A DNA stretch of 64,000 nt from Planctomycetaceae bacterium. Lineage in GTDB: Bacteria > Planctomycetota > Planctomycetia > Planctomycetales > Planctomycetaceae. The DNA lies in contig JBEIEK010000001.1 in assembly GCA_040382995.1 (NCBI GenBank), positions 21,919-85,918 of the forward strand, written 5' to 3'. Under the pieces are notes generated by a model that saw only the letters and a program-made list of their open reading frames with translations, was not told where the DNA came from and ran no database searches. A program made the position numbers and the translations under genes. This document shows positions 27,661 to 37,775 of this stretch, in pieces (position 1 is the first letter of the stretch; every line of letters begins with the position of its first letter).

Positions 27661-28752
27661 TCAGAACGTGGATACCGGAATGCCGGAGGAGATGTTGCCC
27701 AGGTTCTGCCAGATCGGCAGAGAGATTGACTTGCCAACGGTGCGAGCGGAACCATCGGCCAGACCAACCACGCAGATGTCGCGATGAGCCGAACCGGCAG
27801 AACCCCAGAACAGCCGACGATTGGGACCTTCAAGCGTGCTGAACAAAGTTGCCGCACCGCCCCAGGCCCAGCCGTCGCTGGCGATCTGGTCGGATGTCCG
27901 CTGATTCGGAACAACCAATCCCTCGAACCGCTCTGCCTCAGCAATCATGATGGTCTGAGACGTGCCGTCCTTGATGTCAGTCAGCGTGACACTGCTGTTC
28001 ACGGAGAGCACTCCGGCGTTGACAGACAACTGGTTAAAGTTGTTGGCGTTGGTGCGGGGCTGATTCTGGTAGTTGGCGATCTGGTCCGGTGTCAGGTCGA
28101 AGACCGCACGCGTCTGGCGGTTGAAAACCACGCCCGAACCGGAGCAGCCCACGTAGTCATTGCCACCACCACGCACACCGGTCGTGAGTTTTGTGGCTGC
28201 GTCGGTGTCGAGAAACTTGTTGAAGGAAAAGTTCTTGGCCTCGATGTTCGAACGACGCGAGGGGCAGTAGAAGCCAGGGATTTCATACTGAGCGGGAGCG
28301 TTGCCCAGCTGTCGCCAAAGCAGATTGGGTGAGTTGTCGAAGGTAATCTCGGAGTTGCCGAAAACGTTGTAGTCGACACGCCACAGTTCGTAGACGTTAC
28401 CCTGCTCGACATACGGAAGAATCTGAAACATCCAGCTGGTGCCGTGCAGACCCAGCAGCTGGTTGCTTTCAAATGGTTCGCGAGGATCGCGAAATCGCGC
28501 ACCAGTTGGGCTGATGTCACCACCGAAGAGCGACAGAATCGCCCCCGGTGGAAGCACAGAGTGAGCGTCATGGTAGTTGTGCAGCGCCAGAGACAACTGC
28601 TTGACGTTGTTGATGCACTTGGTGCGGTTGGCAGCTTCGCGGGCCTTCTGCACGGCCGGCAACAGGAGCGCCACAAGGATAGCCACGATGGCGATCACTA
28701 CCAACAGTTCGATCAGCGTAAATCCCCTAATGCGCCTATGTCCGGTTCTCAT
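27661..28752 (-). CDS. DUF1559 protein with prepilin-type N-terminal cleavage/methylation segment
   Basis: Start trimmed to ATG 28752. GFTLIELLVVIAIVAILVALLLPAVQKAREAANRTKC is the hallmark N-terminus of this Planctomycetota-expanded family. Confidence 0.9.
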   Translation of the reverse strand: MRTGHRRIRGFTLIELLVVIAIVAILVALLLPAVQKAREAANRTKCINNVKQLSLALHNYHDAHSVLPPGAILSLFGGDISPTGARFRDPREPFESNQLLGLHGTSWMFQILPYVEQGNVYELWRVDYNVFGNSEITFDNSPNLLWRQLGNAPAQYEIPGFYCPSRRSNIEAKNFSFNKFLDTDAATKLTTGVRGGGNDYVGCSGSGVVFNRQTRAVFDLTPDQIANYQNQPRTNANNFNQLSVNAGVLSVNSSVTLTDIKDGTSQTIMIAEAERFEGLVVPNQRTSDQIASDGWAWGGAATLFSTLEGPNRRLFWGSAGSAHRDICVVGLADGSARTVGKSISLPIWQNLGNISSGIPVSTF

Positions 28753-28948
28753 GAAATGCTCCTGAAGGATCTCCTGTCGGCCACCGAAAAGCCCGGCGCC
28801 ATGACCGCTGGGGTATATCATTCCCCGTTTTTGAATTGGAGGCAAGATTTTCCAGCAACTTTCCGCGGTCTTTCGTGGGAAGTGACTGGATTTTCTGAAA
28901 TCGCCCAAAAAAGAATCGGGTCAATGGGGAGTTTTGCTGGCATTCGGG

Positions 28949-30085
28949 TTAGCTGGAGGCTGCCGCGACCGTCGGACCGGCATCAGCCAGTCGACACAAG
29001 ACCTCAGCTCCTTCCCGAATCATCTCGTCGGCAGCTGCGAAGGAAACCCGGAAGTGAGTATCGCGGGCGCTGAAGACGGAGCCCGGGATAATCAGCAGGT
29101 TATTGCGAATGGCTGCCGCAACAAATTCAGAAGCAGTCCCCCAGGGGGCCTTCAGAAACAGGTAGAACGCTCCCTCGCCACCCGTGATTTCAAAGTGGCC
29201 CCGCAGCAGGCCCGCCAGCAGATCCCGCTTGCGACGGTAGTCCTGACGATTGTCCGCAAGATCCAGCTCCCACGCTGTAACCCCGGCCCACTGCACCGGA
29301 TGCGGCGCACACACAAATGTAAACTGCTGCAGCTTGAGCATCTGCTGGATGAGACAGGAGGGGCCATGCATGAATCCCAGACGCAGGCCCGTCATCGAGT
29401 GCGACTTGCTGAAGCCGTCTATCACAATGGTCTCTGGATTCCACGTGACCGGCGAAACGAATTCCTGGTCGTAACAGAATTCGCGGTAGATTTCGTCGCT
29501 GATCAGCGCGATGTTGTGTTGACGGGCAAGCTCGGCAAGCGCCTGCGTTTCGGCCGGAGTGGCCACACTTCCGGTGGGATTTGCAGGGCTGTTGAAGATG
29601 ATCAGCTTCGTGCGAGGCGTGATTGCGGCACGGATGGCCTCTATGGGAATACGAAAATCCGGGTAGTTGGAAACGGGTACAACCGTTCCCCCGGCCAGCG
29701 TCACAAGGTGGCGGTACATCACAAACCACGGATCAAGAATAATCACTTCCTCGCCGGGGTTTATCAGCGAAAGCAGGGCCAGCACCAGCGCCCCGCTGGT
29801 GCCGGAAGTGACAAACACCTTGCGGTCAGGGTCCTCGTAGCGACGGGAAACATCGGCCTGCAGCAGGTTCAGCAAAGGTGCGATGCCCTGAGTCTGACTG
29901 TAGGCGTTTCGACCCTCCTGCACCGCGCGGCAAAGAGCATCCTTCACGGGCTGCGGAGTGTCATAGTGGGGCTGACCAATGCTCAGATTGATCGGTCGCT
30001 GCATGGTCGCTGCAAGGTCGAAGACCTTGCGGATACCTGAGGCATCGATGCGGTGCATGCGTTCGGCAATCCACGATTCGCTCAT
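28949..30085 (-). CDS. PLP-dependent aminotransferase (class I/II)
   Basis: IDASGIRKVFDLA N-terminus. NPTG. PLP-lysine motif FSKSHSMTGLRLG. Confidence 0.9.
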   Translation of the reverse strand: MSESWIAERMHRIDASGIRKVFDLAATMQRPINLSIGQPHYDTPQPVKDALCRAVQEGRNAYSQTQGIAPLLNLLQADVSRRYEDPDRKVFVTSGTSGALVLALLSLINPGEEVIILDPWFVMYRHLVTLAGGTVVPVSNYPDFRIPIEAIRAAITPRTKLIIFNSPANPTGSVATPAETQALAELARQHNIALISDEIYREFCYDQEFVSPVTWNPETIVIDGFSKSHSMTGLRLGFMHGPSCLIQQMLKLQQFTFVCAPHPVQWAGVTAWELDLADNRQDYRRKRDLLAGLLRGHFEITGGEGAFYLFLKAPWGTASEFVAAAIRNNLLIIPGSVFSARDTHFRVSFAAADEMIREGAEVLCRLADAGPTVAAASS

Positions 30086-30151
30086 GCAAAAACTCCCTTT
30101 CAGGACTGCCCCGAAACAGCAGCCGGTGACTCAAATCCCTGCCCACGCGGA

Positions 30152-30781
30152 TCAGCAGTGAACGACCACATCGGAGGGCTGAAAGCGAACTTTGGCCTCT
30201 GCGGCTGAATTATCATCAGAGCTGCGGTAACCCAGGGCACAGGCAACAACACTGGTCCACGGAGTGCCCGAGATCGCCAGAATACCGTCGATACGCTCGG
30301 AAATGATGCCCTCCATCGGGCAGGCATCCACTTTGAGCAGTGCGGCGGTTTCCAGGAGCATTCCCAGGGCGATGTAGCACTGGCGACTGGTCCACGACAA
30401 ATGCTGATCCCCCATGCGGCCGACTTTGCCCAGAATCGCGTCGCGAAGGCCAGCAAGGGATTCAGCCGGAACACCACGGACCGCTGCAATTCGATCGATG
30501 TAAGACTGCACAAACGCCGCATCCACAGTGCGACGAGCCGCAATCACGACGAAGTGAGAACAGTCGCGCGGCTGAGTCTGGCCCCAGGCAGCATCCGGCA
30601 GCAGTTGCTTGATCGCAGGTGAAGTGACAACGAAGAACTTCCATGGCTGCAGCCCGTAGCTGCTGGGGCTGAGCACCAGCGATTGCTGGAGGATCTCCCA
30701 TGTTTCTGCGGGGATGCTGCGAGCAGGGTCAAAATGCTTGACGGCACGACGCCAGAGCAGGGAATCGGTGATGGCTGACAT
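30152..30781 (-). CDS. NAD(P)H nitroreductase-family protein
   Basis: Start trimmed to ATG 30781. RRAVKHFDPARSIP and SSYGLQPWKFFVV are typical nitroreductase motifs. Confidence 0.8.
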   Translation of the reverse strand: MSAITDSLLWRRAVKHFDPARSIPAETWEILQQSLVLSPSSYGLQPWKFFVVTSPAIKQLLPDAAWGQTQPRDCSHFVVIAARRTVDAAFVQSYIDRIAAVRGVPAESLAGLRDAILGKVGRMGDQHLSWTSRQCYIALGMLLETAALLKVDACPMEGIISERIDGILAISGTPWTSVVACALGYRSSDDNSAAEAKVRFQPSDVVVHC

Positions 30782-30846
30782 AAGGCTCGTTGGCTGACAG
30801 GAAGGGGGCTCTGACAAAACGTTTCGCAACAGTGGCCCTGAAACCA

Positions 30847-32190
30847 CTAGGCACGGAAGATTTTGTGCTGATCCTGGGAACTGACATTTCGGGTGGCGTT
30901 ACGCGTGTCGACGATCAGCCGGGAATGTCGGGCGATGAAGGGATAATCAAAGGCACTGTGGTCAGTGGAGATCAGCACGCAGTCCTGGGCAGCAAGGAAT
31001 TCCGGGGTGAGCGGCGTGCTTTGCATGGGGGGCAGATGGTAGTGCCGCATTTTCGGGAGTGCCGGAACGTGCGGGTCACTGTAAGTAAGCACCGCTCCCC
31101 GGTGCAGCAGCAGTTCCAGCAGCTCGAAAGAGGGGCTTTCGCGAGGATCGTCCACGTCCTTCTTATAGGCCATGCCAAGAATGCAGATGCGACTGCCGCG
31201 GACGGGCTTGCCGACATCATTCAGAAAGTCCGCGACGCGGCTGACCACGTATCGCGGCATGAACGTGTTGACCTCGCCCGCAAGCTCGATAAAGCGAGTA
31301 CTCATGCCGTATCGCCTGGCGAGCCAGCTGAGATAGAACGGGTCGATGGGAATGCAGTGTCCGCCAAGCCCTGGTCCCGGATAGAAGGCCTGAAACCCAA
31401 AGGGTTTGGTTTTCGCTGCGTCAACAACTTTCCAAATGTCGATGCCCATGCGGTCAAAGAGCATTTTGAGTTCATTGACGAGGGCGATGTTGACCGCGCG
31501 GTAGGTGTTTTCGAGAATCTTGCAGGCTTCCGCAATCTCCGCATTGTCCACCCGGACTACTTTGACAATCGCATGACTGTATAGATCAGCGGCCAGATCA
31601 CCTGAATGCTGGTCGGTGCCACCCACAACCTTGGGAATCCCGGCGGCCGTGTAGTTCGGGTTACCGGGGTCCTCACGTTCAGGGCTGAAGGCGACGAAGA
31701 AATCCCTGCCGCAGGTCAGGCCGGAGGGGTTCTGATTCAGGATGGGTACGAGCACATCGCGGGTGGTGGTCGGGTAGGTTGTGCTTTCAAGAATCACCAG
31801 TTGTCCCGGGCGAAGGACTTTGGCGATGGCCCGCCCGGTGGATTCGATGTACTGCAGGTCGGGATCGCGAGATTCATTCAGCGGGGTCGGAACACAGATC
31901 AGCAGCGCGTCAGCGTCCTGCAGTCGGGACATATCGCTGGTGGCTTCAAGCACGCCACGCTGGTTCCAGTCCGCGATGGTGGCCGATGGGATGTGTCGGA
32001 TGTAGCTTTGGCCCTGCTGCAGCAGTTGGATTTTCGAGTTATCCACGTCGAAGCCGAGGCAACGGAAGCCGGAGTTCGTGAAGGCACTGATGAGCGGCAG
32101 GCCAACGTAACCCAGTCCAATGATGCCAACACGAGCGGCACGGGTGGAGATTTTTGTGGCGAGTTCGGCGGCAAGCTGGGCAGTCTGCAT
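30847..32190 (-). CDS. nucleotide-sugar (UDP-N-acetyl-hexosamine type) dehydrogenase
   Basis: Start trimmed to ATG 32190. Rossmann motif VGIIGLGYVGLP. Catalytic Cys in GGHCIPIDP. Confidence 0.9.
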   Translation of the reverse strand: MQTAQLAAELATKISTRAARVGIIGLGYVGLPLISAFTNSGFRCLGFDVDNSKIQLLQQGQSYIRHIPSATIADWNQRGVLEATSDMSRLQDADALLICVPTPLNESRDPDLQYIESTGRAIAKVLRPGQLVILESTTYPTTTRDVLVPILNQNPSGLTCGRDFFVAFSPEREDPGNPNYTAAGIPKVVGGTDQHSGDLAADLYSHAIVKVVRVDNAEIAEACKILENTYRAVNIALVNELKMLFDRMGIDIWKVVDAAKTKPFGFQAFYPGPGLGGHCIPIDPFYLSWLARRYGMSTRFIELAGEVNTFMPRYVVSRVADFLNDVGKPVRGSRICILGMAYKKDVDDPRESPSFELLELLLHRGAVLTYSDPHVPALPKMRHYHLPPMQSTPLTPEFLAAQDCVLISTDHSAFDYPFIARHSRLIVDTRNATRNVSSQDQHKIFRA

Positions 32191-32616
32191 AGTGAATGCT
32201 CGTGCGGGAAGATAAGGAAGCGAGGGCAATATTCGACATTGGCTGCTGAATTCATTGAGGACGATGAGGATACGCCGGAGTGGCAGGGATGAATGGCGCC
32301 GAATTTGCGGATTGGGGGTGACCTGGCGGAGGATGTGGGATGTGCGTCGGCGAGATCGTCAGAATCGGGACAGCCGGGCACACACGACGCTCCAGCCACC
32401 ACAACTGGAGGCCGCATGCCGAACGAAACCGACGCAGTTCACTCAAATTTCCCGACTTTCGGACCCACATCACTCGATTCTTCGCATTTCGCCTTATTCT
32501 CGGAAACTCTGCTCCGGTTCCTTCTGATGCTCCTTCTGAATTGTATGCTCCCACAAGGCTGGGCCATCCGCCTCAACTTGCATAGCAGGGACATCACTCC
32601 CTGAACGCTGAATATC

Positions 32617-34584
32617 ATGAACATTGCCGACTGGATTTGTGTAGTGCTGATGACCGTGGCCATGCTGTGGATGGCAGCGGGACCCGCGAAGCGCCAGCTG
32701 CGCCCTGAGGACTACTTTACCGGGGGTCACACCACCAGTCTGCGGCGGTTGATCCTGTTCACCTTCGGGTCAGGCACGTGTACGGATTCAACCTCGTCAG
32801 TCCTCTCAGCCACCTGGCGTTCGGGGCTTTCGGGGCTGTGGTGGCAGTTCATCTGGCTGCCGGTAATTCCTGTGTTCTGGATCGTCGCACCCCTGCTGCG
32901 TCGTCTGCGGGCGACCACAGCGGCGGATTTTTTCAGACTCAGATTCGGTGCCACCACAGGCATGCTCTACGCGATTTACGGTATGGGTATCAGTGTGGTG
33001 GTGATCGCAGGAGTGCTTTTCACGTCAGCGCGCCTGCTGAATATCCTTACTGACCCATTCTTCGACGACGTTGCCGCCAGCCTGCAACTGCGGTTCCCCA
33101 TGATCAATATCCGCACAGCTCTGTCCAGCCCTGAATTTGGTGCCGCACCGCTGTTCTCCATGAGGCCACTTCAGGGGGAAGCCATCGCCGGACTCGCTCT
33201 CGCCCTCCTCGTGCTCATCTGCGGGCTCCCCGGCGGACTTTACGCACAGATTCGCATCGACTGCCTGCAGGGCCTGTTGCGGATCCTGCTCACCACAGCA
33301 TTGCTCCCGCTGGTGCTCGCTAAAACCGGCGGCTTCGGGTCGCTGCACGCTCAACAGCACCTCAAAACGGGGCTCCTTGACTTTGTCGCCGCATCAGAAG
33401 CCAGACTCGACGAATTTCACGAGCCGTTTACGCCCTTCTACCTGCTGATGCTCTGCACGGCCGCCGTGGCCGGAGTCATCGTACAGCCGCATGTCGTCGT
33501 GCTCTGCGGCACCGGTCGACGGGAACTGGATACCCGGGCCGGACTCACCGGCGGCCACCTGCTCAAACGCTTCATGTCCATCCTCTGGGCAATCTTCGGC
33601 ATCGCCTGCGTGGTCTGGTATCTGGGCCCCAACAGTCCGCTTTCCGCAGAAGGCGCTCCTGCTGAGGATTTTCAGGTGCTTCAGGATCTGGTCGTCTCGG
33701 CCACCGCCGAACCGGCAGAACTGCTGCCCGAACAGATCTACCGCGTAAATCGTGTCAGTCAGCAGTTTGCCGATCGGCTGTTTGGTCGCGCTGTTCGCGA
33801 TCTCTGCACTGGGGTGCTGCCTGGACTGACGGGACTGTTCGTGGCCATGGTGATTGCCTCAGCCGTAAGTCATGCGGCCACCCAGATGATCATCGGCAGC
33901 GGCCTGTTTGCTGAACACATTTACCGCAACGGAATCGCGCCTGAACAGACTACCACACACTACCGGACCGTGGGCAGGTTCTGCGGCCCACTCCTGCTCG
34001 CGGCCGCCCTGATTCTGCAAATGAGCTTCAATAACATCGGCGATGTGCTCAGACTGTTCATCAAAACACCGGCGATCATCGGAGTCAGTATGTGGATGGG
34101 GCTGGTGTGGACCCGCTGGAACCATAACTCCGTCTGGGCCGCCACTCTCGGAGGCGCTCTTATCGGCCTCCTGTGCGGCTACTTTCCACAGGAAGTCCAG
34201 CGCACACTGCCAGGACTCTCAGATCGCATGTTCGTGGTGACAAGTGCTGGAACAGTCATGCTGGACGCGTGGAAAATCGCGCTGATTCTGGCAGGCTCGC
34301 TGGGGGCTGGCGTGTTCGTCACGCTGCTCACGGAACCTCAGCCGCCCGGACAGCTGGAATTCTTCTATCGACTCATCCGCACCCCGGTCGCTTCAGGCGA
34401 AGTGCAGCGGCACGTGCGCGATTTCGCGCCATCAGAAGACGACCGCGATCTCCTGCCATGCCTGTCCCTCATGGGGTTCCAGTTTCCAGGCGCGACACGG
34501 GGCGGAGTCATCGGATTTGTGCTCGCCATCGCTGTCGTTGTTGCTATGGTCCTTGGCACCAAAATGCTTTCTCAGCTGATCTGA
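32617..34584 (+). CDS. sodium:solute symporter (SSS) family transporter
   Basis: Polytopic protein with at least 12 hydrophobic helices. The N-terminal region has the SSS-like pattern (DYFTGG...). Confidence 0.75.
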   Translation: MNIADWICVVLMTVAMLWMAAGPAKRQLRPEDYFTGGHTTSLRRLILFTFGSGTCTDSTSSVLSATWRSGLSGLWWQFIWLPVIPVFWIVAPLLRRLRATTAADFFRLRFGATTGMLYAIYGMGISVVVIAGVLFTSARLLNILTDPFFDDVAASLQLRFPMINIRTALSSPEFGAAPLFSMRPLQGEAIAGLALALLVLICGLPGGLYAQIRIDCLQGLLRILLTTALLPLVLAKTGGFGSLHAQQHLKTGLLDFVAASEARLDEFHEPFTPFYLLMLCTAAVAGVIVQPHVVVLCGTGRRELDTRAGLTGGHLLKRFMSILWAIFGIACVVWYLGPNSPLSAEGAPAEDFQVLQDLVVSATAEPAELLPEQIYRVNRVSQQFADRLFGRAVRDLCTGVLPGLTGLFVAMVIASAVSHAATQMIIGSGLFAEHIYRNGIAPEQTTTHYRTVGRFCGPLLLAAALILQMSFNNIGDVLRLFIKTPAIIGVSMWMGLVWTRWNHNSVWAATLGGALIGLLCGYFPQEVQRTLPGLSDRMFVVTSAGTVMLDAWKIALILAGSLGAGVFVTLLTEPQPPGQLEFFYRLIRTPVASGEVQRHVRDFAPSEDDRDLLPCLSLMGFQFPGATRGGVIGFVLAIAVVVAMVLGTKMLSQLI

Positions 34585-35813
34585 ACATCCCACAGCCACA
34601 CGCGAACAGAACTGCCCGCCACCAGCGGCGATTGCCCGGGTTCAAGCAGGACCATGCTGTTGGCCGCAGCTGTCGATCGCAGGTCGGCAGACAATTGCCA
34701 CGGCACAATGCTCACGGTCAAACGGGAATCCTGTATGCAGGCCACGGCAGGCTGACACACCGGACGATCGCCCCGGATCGAAACATCGTGACTGAGCTCT
34801 GCGGAAACTGCAGTTGCCGGAGGACGCCCCAGCATCCGCCGAATCGCCGGACGCACAAAAAGCTCACAACACGCAAGACTGCTCACCGGGTTGCCAGGAA
34901 GCCCAAATACCAGCGTCGAACCCAACGGACTGCCGGACTCATGCACCCCGAACCAGAGTGGCTTGCCAGGCTTCAGCCGAACACCGTGGAACAGTTGTCG
35001 TACGCCGGCTCGCTGCAGGGCAGCAGGCACCAGATCCAGCAGCCCCACGGAAACGCCGCCTGTCAGCAGCAGCAGGTCGGCTTTGAGACCGATGCGGATG
35101 GCCGCATCAAGCTCTTCGGCAGAGTCCATCGCCGACTCCACACTGATCACGTTGGCGCCCATGGTCTGCAGCAGCGCCACCAGCATCGGCTGGCTTGAAT
35201 TTCGCAGCCTGCCCGGCGGAGGAGACTGCTGATACGAGACAAGTTCGTTGCCGGTGCAAATGAGCGCCACCGTGGGAACCCACGAAACGGACAGCGAAGA
35301 TATGCCGAATTCAGCCAGTGCCGCGATGTGGCGAGGCTGCAGCAGCGTGCCGGCTGTGATCAGAGAATCACCGGGACGTCCCAGTGCACCCGCGGACAGA
35401 ACCGAGCCACCCGCGCGACAGGCCGAACCGGGAATCCGAATGGAACCTGGAATATCCGGATCAAGCACCGTCAGTTCCTGAGGAACCACGCAGTCGCAGC
35501 CTTCGGGTAGCATCGCACCCGTCATGATCCGCACGGCCTCGCCAGGCATCACACGGCGGGTCGCCACCTCGCCTGCAGTGATTGTTTCTGTGATGCGGCA
35601 GGAGACGGTGTCGTTGGCGGCCAGGTCAGCCCCGGTGCGACTGTCGAGGGCATAGCCGTCCATCAGGGACCGGGTGAAGGCCGGGTAAAGCTCCGGCACG
35701 CGGATGTCGGCAGCAGCAACGCGATGGAGCGCATCTGCCAGCAGCACGCTCTCAGAACGAGCAGGTGGCGTGTTTGACTGAATCAGGTCTGAAGCAGCAG
35801 CGATGGAGAGCAT
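34572..35813 (-). CDS. moeA: molybdopterin molybdenumtransferase
   Basis: PAFTRSLMDGYAL, LLLTGGVSVG and KPGKPLWFG motifs. Size of 413 aa fits. The 3' end overlaps the convergent transporter gene by 13 nt. Confidence 0.9.
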   Translation of the reverse strand: MLSIAAASDLIQSNTPPARSESVLLADALHRVAAADIRVPELYPAFTRSLMDGYALDSRTGADLAANDTVSCRITETITAGEVATRRVMPGEAVRIMTGAMLPEGCDCVVPQELTVLDPDIPGSIRIPGSACRAGGSVLSAGALGRPGDSLITAGTLLQPRHIAALAEFGISSLSVSWVPTVALICTGNELVSYQQSPPPGRLRNSSQPMLVALLQTMGANVISVESAMDSAEELDAAIRIGLKADLLLLTGGVSVGLLDLVPAALQRAGVRQLFHGVRLKPGKPLWFGVHESGSPLGSTLVFGLPGNPVSSLACCELFVRPAIRRMLGRPPATAVSAELSHDVSIRGDRPVCQPAVACIQDSRLTVSIVPWQLSADLRSTAAANSMVLLEPGQSPLVAGSSVRVWLWDVQIS

Positions 35814-35972
35814 GAAATCGCTTCCGAGGAGGGGGCAGTTCCGGGAATTGCCGCCCGACGCAGGCGTTTAGGGTGGAATTTGAATAGACACTATATAATA
35901 TAGCGTCCATCGCGTTGTGCAAACTGGCTGGTCCGGCAGGCCGTTTTCCCCCGTATCGAACGCCCACATCTC

Positions 35973-36692
35973 GTGACAATCCCCCATCGCTCTCAATTCA
36001 AAGCCGTCGTATTCGATCTGGACGGCACGCTGCTCAACACCGAAGACATTTTCGAGCAGGCGGGATGCCAGCTCATGGCCCGTCGCGGTCTCGAAATGAC
36101 CCCGCAAATCCGCCATGCAATGCTGGGACGCCGTCCGACAGAAGCCTTCACCGCCCTCAAATCGCTCACGGGGATCACCGATTCCATCGAAGACATGATG
36201 CACGAAACCAAAGTGCTCTTCCGTGACATCGCCGAAACTTCCGTGGCCGTGCTTCCCGGTGTCCCTGAAATGCTCGCCATGGCCGATCACTGTGGCCTGC
36301 CACAGGCCGTCGCAACCTCCTCCCCCAGACCCTGGATGACCTGGCTGCTCACCAGGGTCAACCTGCTCCACCGCTTCCAGTTCACACTCACCGCCGAAGA
36401 CGTAACCTTCGGCAAGCCACATCCGGAAATCTACCTCGCTGCCGCCGCCCGTCTCGGCGTCTCCCCCCCGGAAATGCTCGTCTTCGAAGACAGCGAAACC
36501 GGCACCCGTGCCGCCGCCGCCGCTGGCGCCTTCGTGGTGGCCGTTCCCAACCGGCACACCTCCGGCGGAGACTTCAGCGCCTGCAGCCTGCGAGTCACCA
36601 GTCTGCTTGACCCACTCCTGCATCCACTTCTGCCAGCCCGGGATCCAGCGTCTGGCTTCATCGTCCGCTCAGAATGTTCGGGGGCTTCATGA
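35973..36692 (+). CDS. HAD-superfamily hydrolase (beta-phosphoglucomutase-like subfamily IA)
   Basis: GTG start. Motif I VVFDLDGTL. Motif III KPHPEIY. Motif IV FEDSETG. Confidence 0.8.
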   Translation: MTIPHRSQFKAVVFDLDGTLLNTEDIFEQAGCQLMARRGLEMTPQIRHAMLGRRPTEAFTALKSLTGITDSIEDMMHETKVLFRDIAETSVAVLPGVPEMLAMADHCGLPQAVATSSPRPWMTWLLTRVNLLHRFQFTLTAEDVTFGKPHPEIYLAAAARLGVSPPEMLVFEDSETGTRAAAAAGAFVVAVPNRHTSGGDFSACSLRVTSLLDPLLHPLLPARDPASGFIVRSECSGAS

Positions 36693-37609
36693 CCGGGATC
36701 CTCAGCCGTCAGGTCCTCCCCTGGCTGCGACTCCTGCGACTTCCCACCGTGTTCACGGCGCTCTCCAATGTGCTCTGTGGATACTTCCTTGCACAGCGCC
36801 CCCAGCTGACCGATCTGCCCCTGCATTCCTCGCTCTGGCTTCTGCTCACCGCCAGCTCCGGGCTCTATCTTGGCGGTATGGTCCTCAACGATTTCTTCGA
36901 CGCAGCGCTGGATGCCCGGGAACGTCCCGAACGCCCCATTCCCTCCGGCCGCATCACCCGAAAAGCCGCCGGTGTGCTGGGATTCTGCCTGCTGGGCGGT
37001 GGCACCCTGACCGCCGCTGCCGTCGGCCCCCAAAGCTTCCTCACAGCACTGCTCATCGCCGCCTGCGTGCTCAGCTACAACGCCCGTTTCAAAGCGACGG
37101 CGTTCGGCCCCGTCTTCATGGCCAGCTGCCGACTCCTCAATCTGCTGCTTGGCGCCAGCACCCTGACACTCGCCGCACCGGCCGCCCCACCAGTGCTCAC
37201 TGCCGCCTGCAGCCTGTTCGTGTATATCCTCGGTGTCACCTGGTTCTCACGCAGCGAAGCCGGAACCATCAGCCGCCGCGGACTCCTCACCGGACTCACC
37301 CTCGTACTCCTCGCACTGCTGCTCGACGGCTACCTCGTCTCCCGCTACGCCGCCGGTCCCGCAATGCTCCGCGGCAGCGGCATGGGACTGCTCCTGCTCG
37401 GACTCAACCTGTCCATGCGCGCCGCCGCCGCGATCAGCGCCTCCCGGCCAAAACTCCTCCAGCAAACCGTCGGCCTCATGCTGCTCAGCCTCATCTTCCG
37501 CGATGCCATGCTGGTCTTCGCCGTCACCGGCAACGCACAACTGGCCCTCGTTGTCATCAGCCTGCTGATCCCCGCCTCACTGCTCAAACGCATCATCCCG
37601 CTCAGCTGA
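36689..37609 (+). CDS. UbiA-family aromatic/polyprenyl-phosphate prenyltransferase
   Basis: NDFFDAALDARERPERPIPSG contains the NDxxDxxxD motif. About 8 TM helices. ATG 36689 forms an ATGA overlap with the HAD stop. Alternative ATG at 36674. Confidence 0.8.
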   Translation: MTGILSRQVLPWLRLLRLPTVFTALSNVLCGYFLAQRPQLTDLPLHSSLWLLLTASSGLYLGGMVLNDFFDAALDARERPERPIPSGRITRKAAGVLGFCLLGGGTLTAAAVGPQSFLTALLIAACVLSYNARFKATAFGPVFMASCRLLNLLLGASTLTLAAPAAPPVLTAACSLFVYILGVTWFSRSEAGTISRRGLLTGLTLVLLALLLDGYLVSRYAAGPAMLRGSGMGLLLLGLNLSMRAAAAISASRPKLLQQTVGLMLLSLIFRDAMLVFAVTGNAQLALVVISLLIPASLLKRIIPLS

Positions 37610-37775
37610 CCAACCCAGCCCCCTTCCCGCTGCTTTTGAGAAATCCTGATCCCGCAAATGGCCTCCGTGCATCCCCCAGCCTGAACTGCTATTATCGCTA
37701 AGCAGGGCAGCCCCGGAAAGATGCGCAGCTCAACAACCCCGCTGCCCCCCGTTCATTCAAGGATGCAGGCCCCCA

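Noticed and set aside
26530-30040. Plus-strand ORFs 26530-27555 (341 aa) and 28934-30040 (368 aa).
   Set aside because: They are antisense to the zinc-ribbon protein and the aminotransferase. Gly/Arg-rich with no motifs.
35814-35972. Possible Moco riboswitch or operator in the divergent moeA / HAD promoter region, including the AT-rich palindrome ctatat-a-atatag at 35891-35903.
   Set aside because: I could not recognise Moco-motif conserved elements. The 13-bp AT palindrome may simply be promoter -10-like sequence, and the evidence is too thin for a feature call.
34173-37701. ORFs 34173-35198 (+), 35868-36623 (-) and 36508-37701 (+, 397 aa, extremely Pro/Arg/His-rich).
   Set aside because: These are off-frame or antisense readings of the moeA, HAD and UbiA genes. 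Their composition is characteristic of non-coding frames in high-GC DNA.
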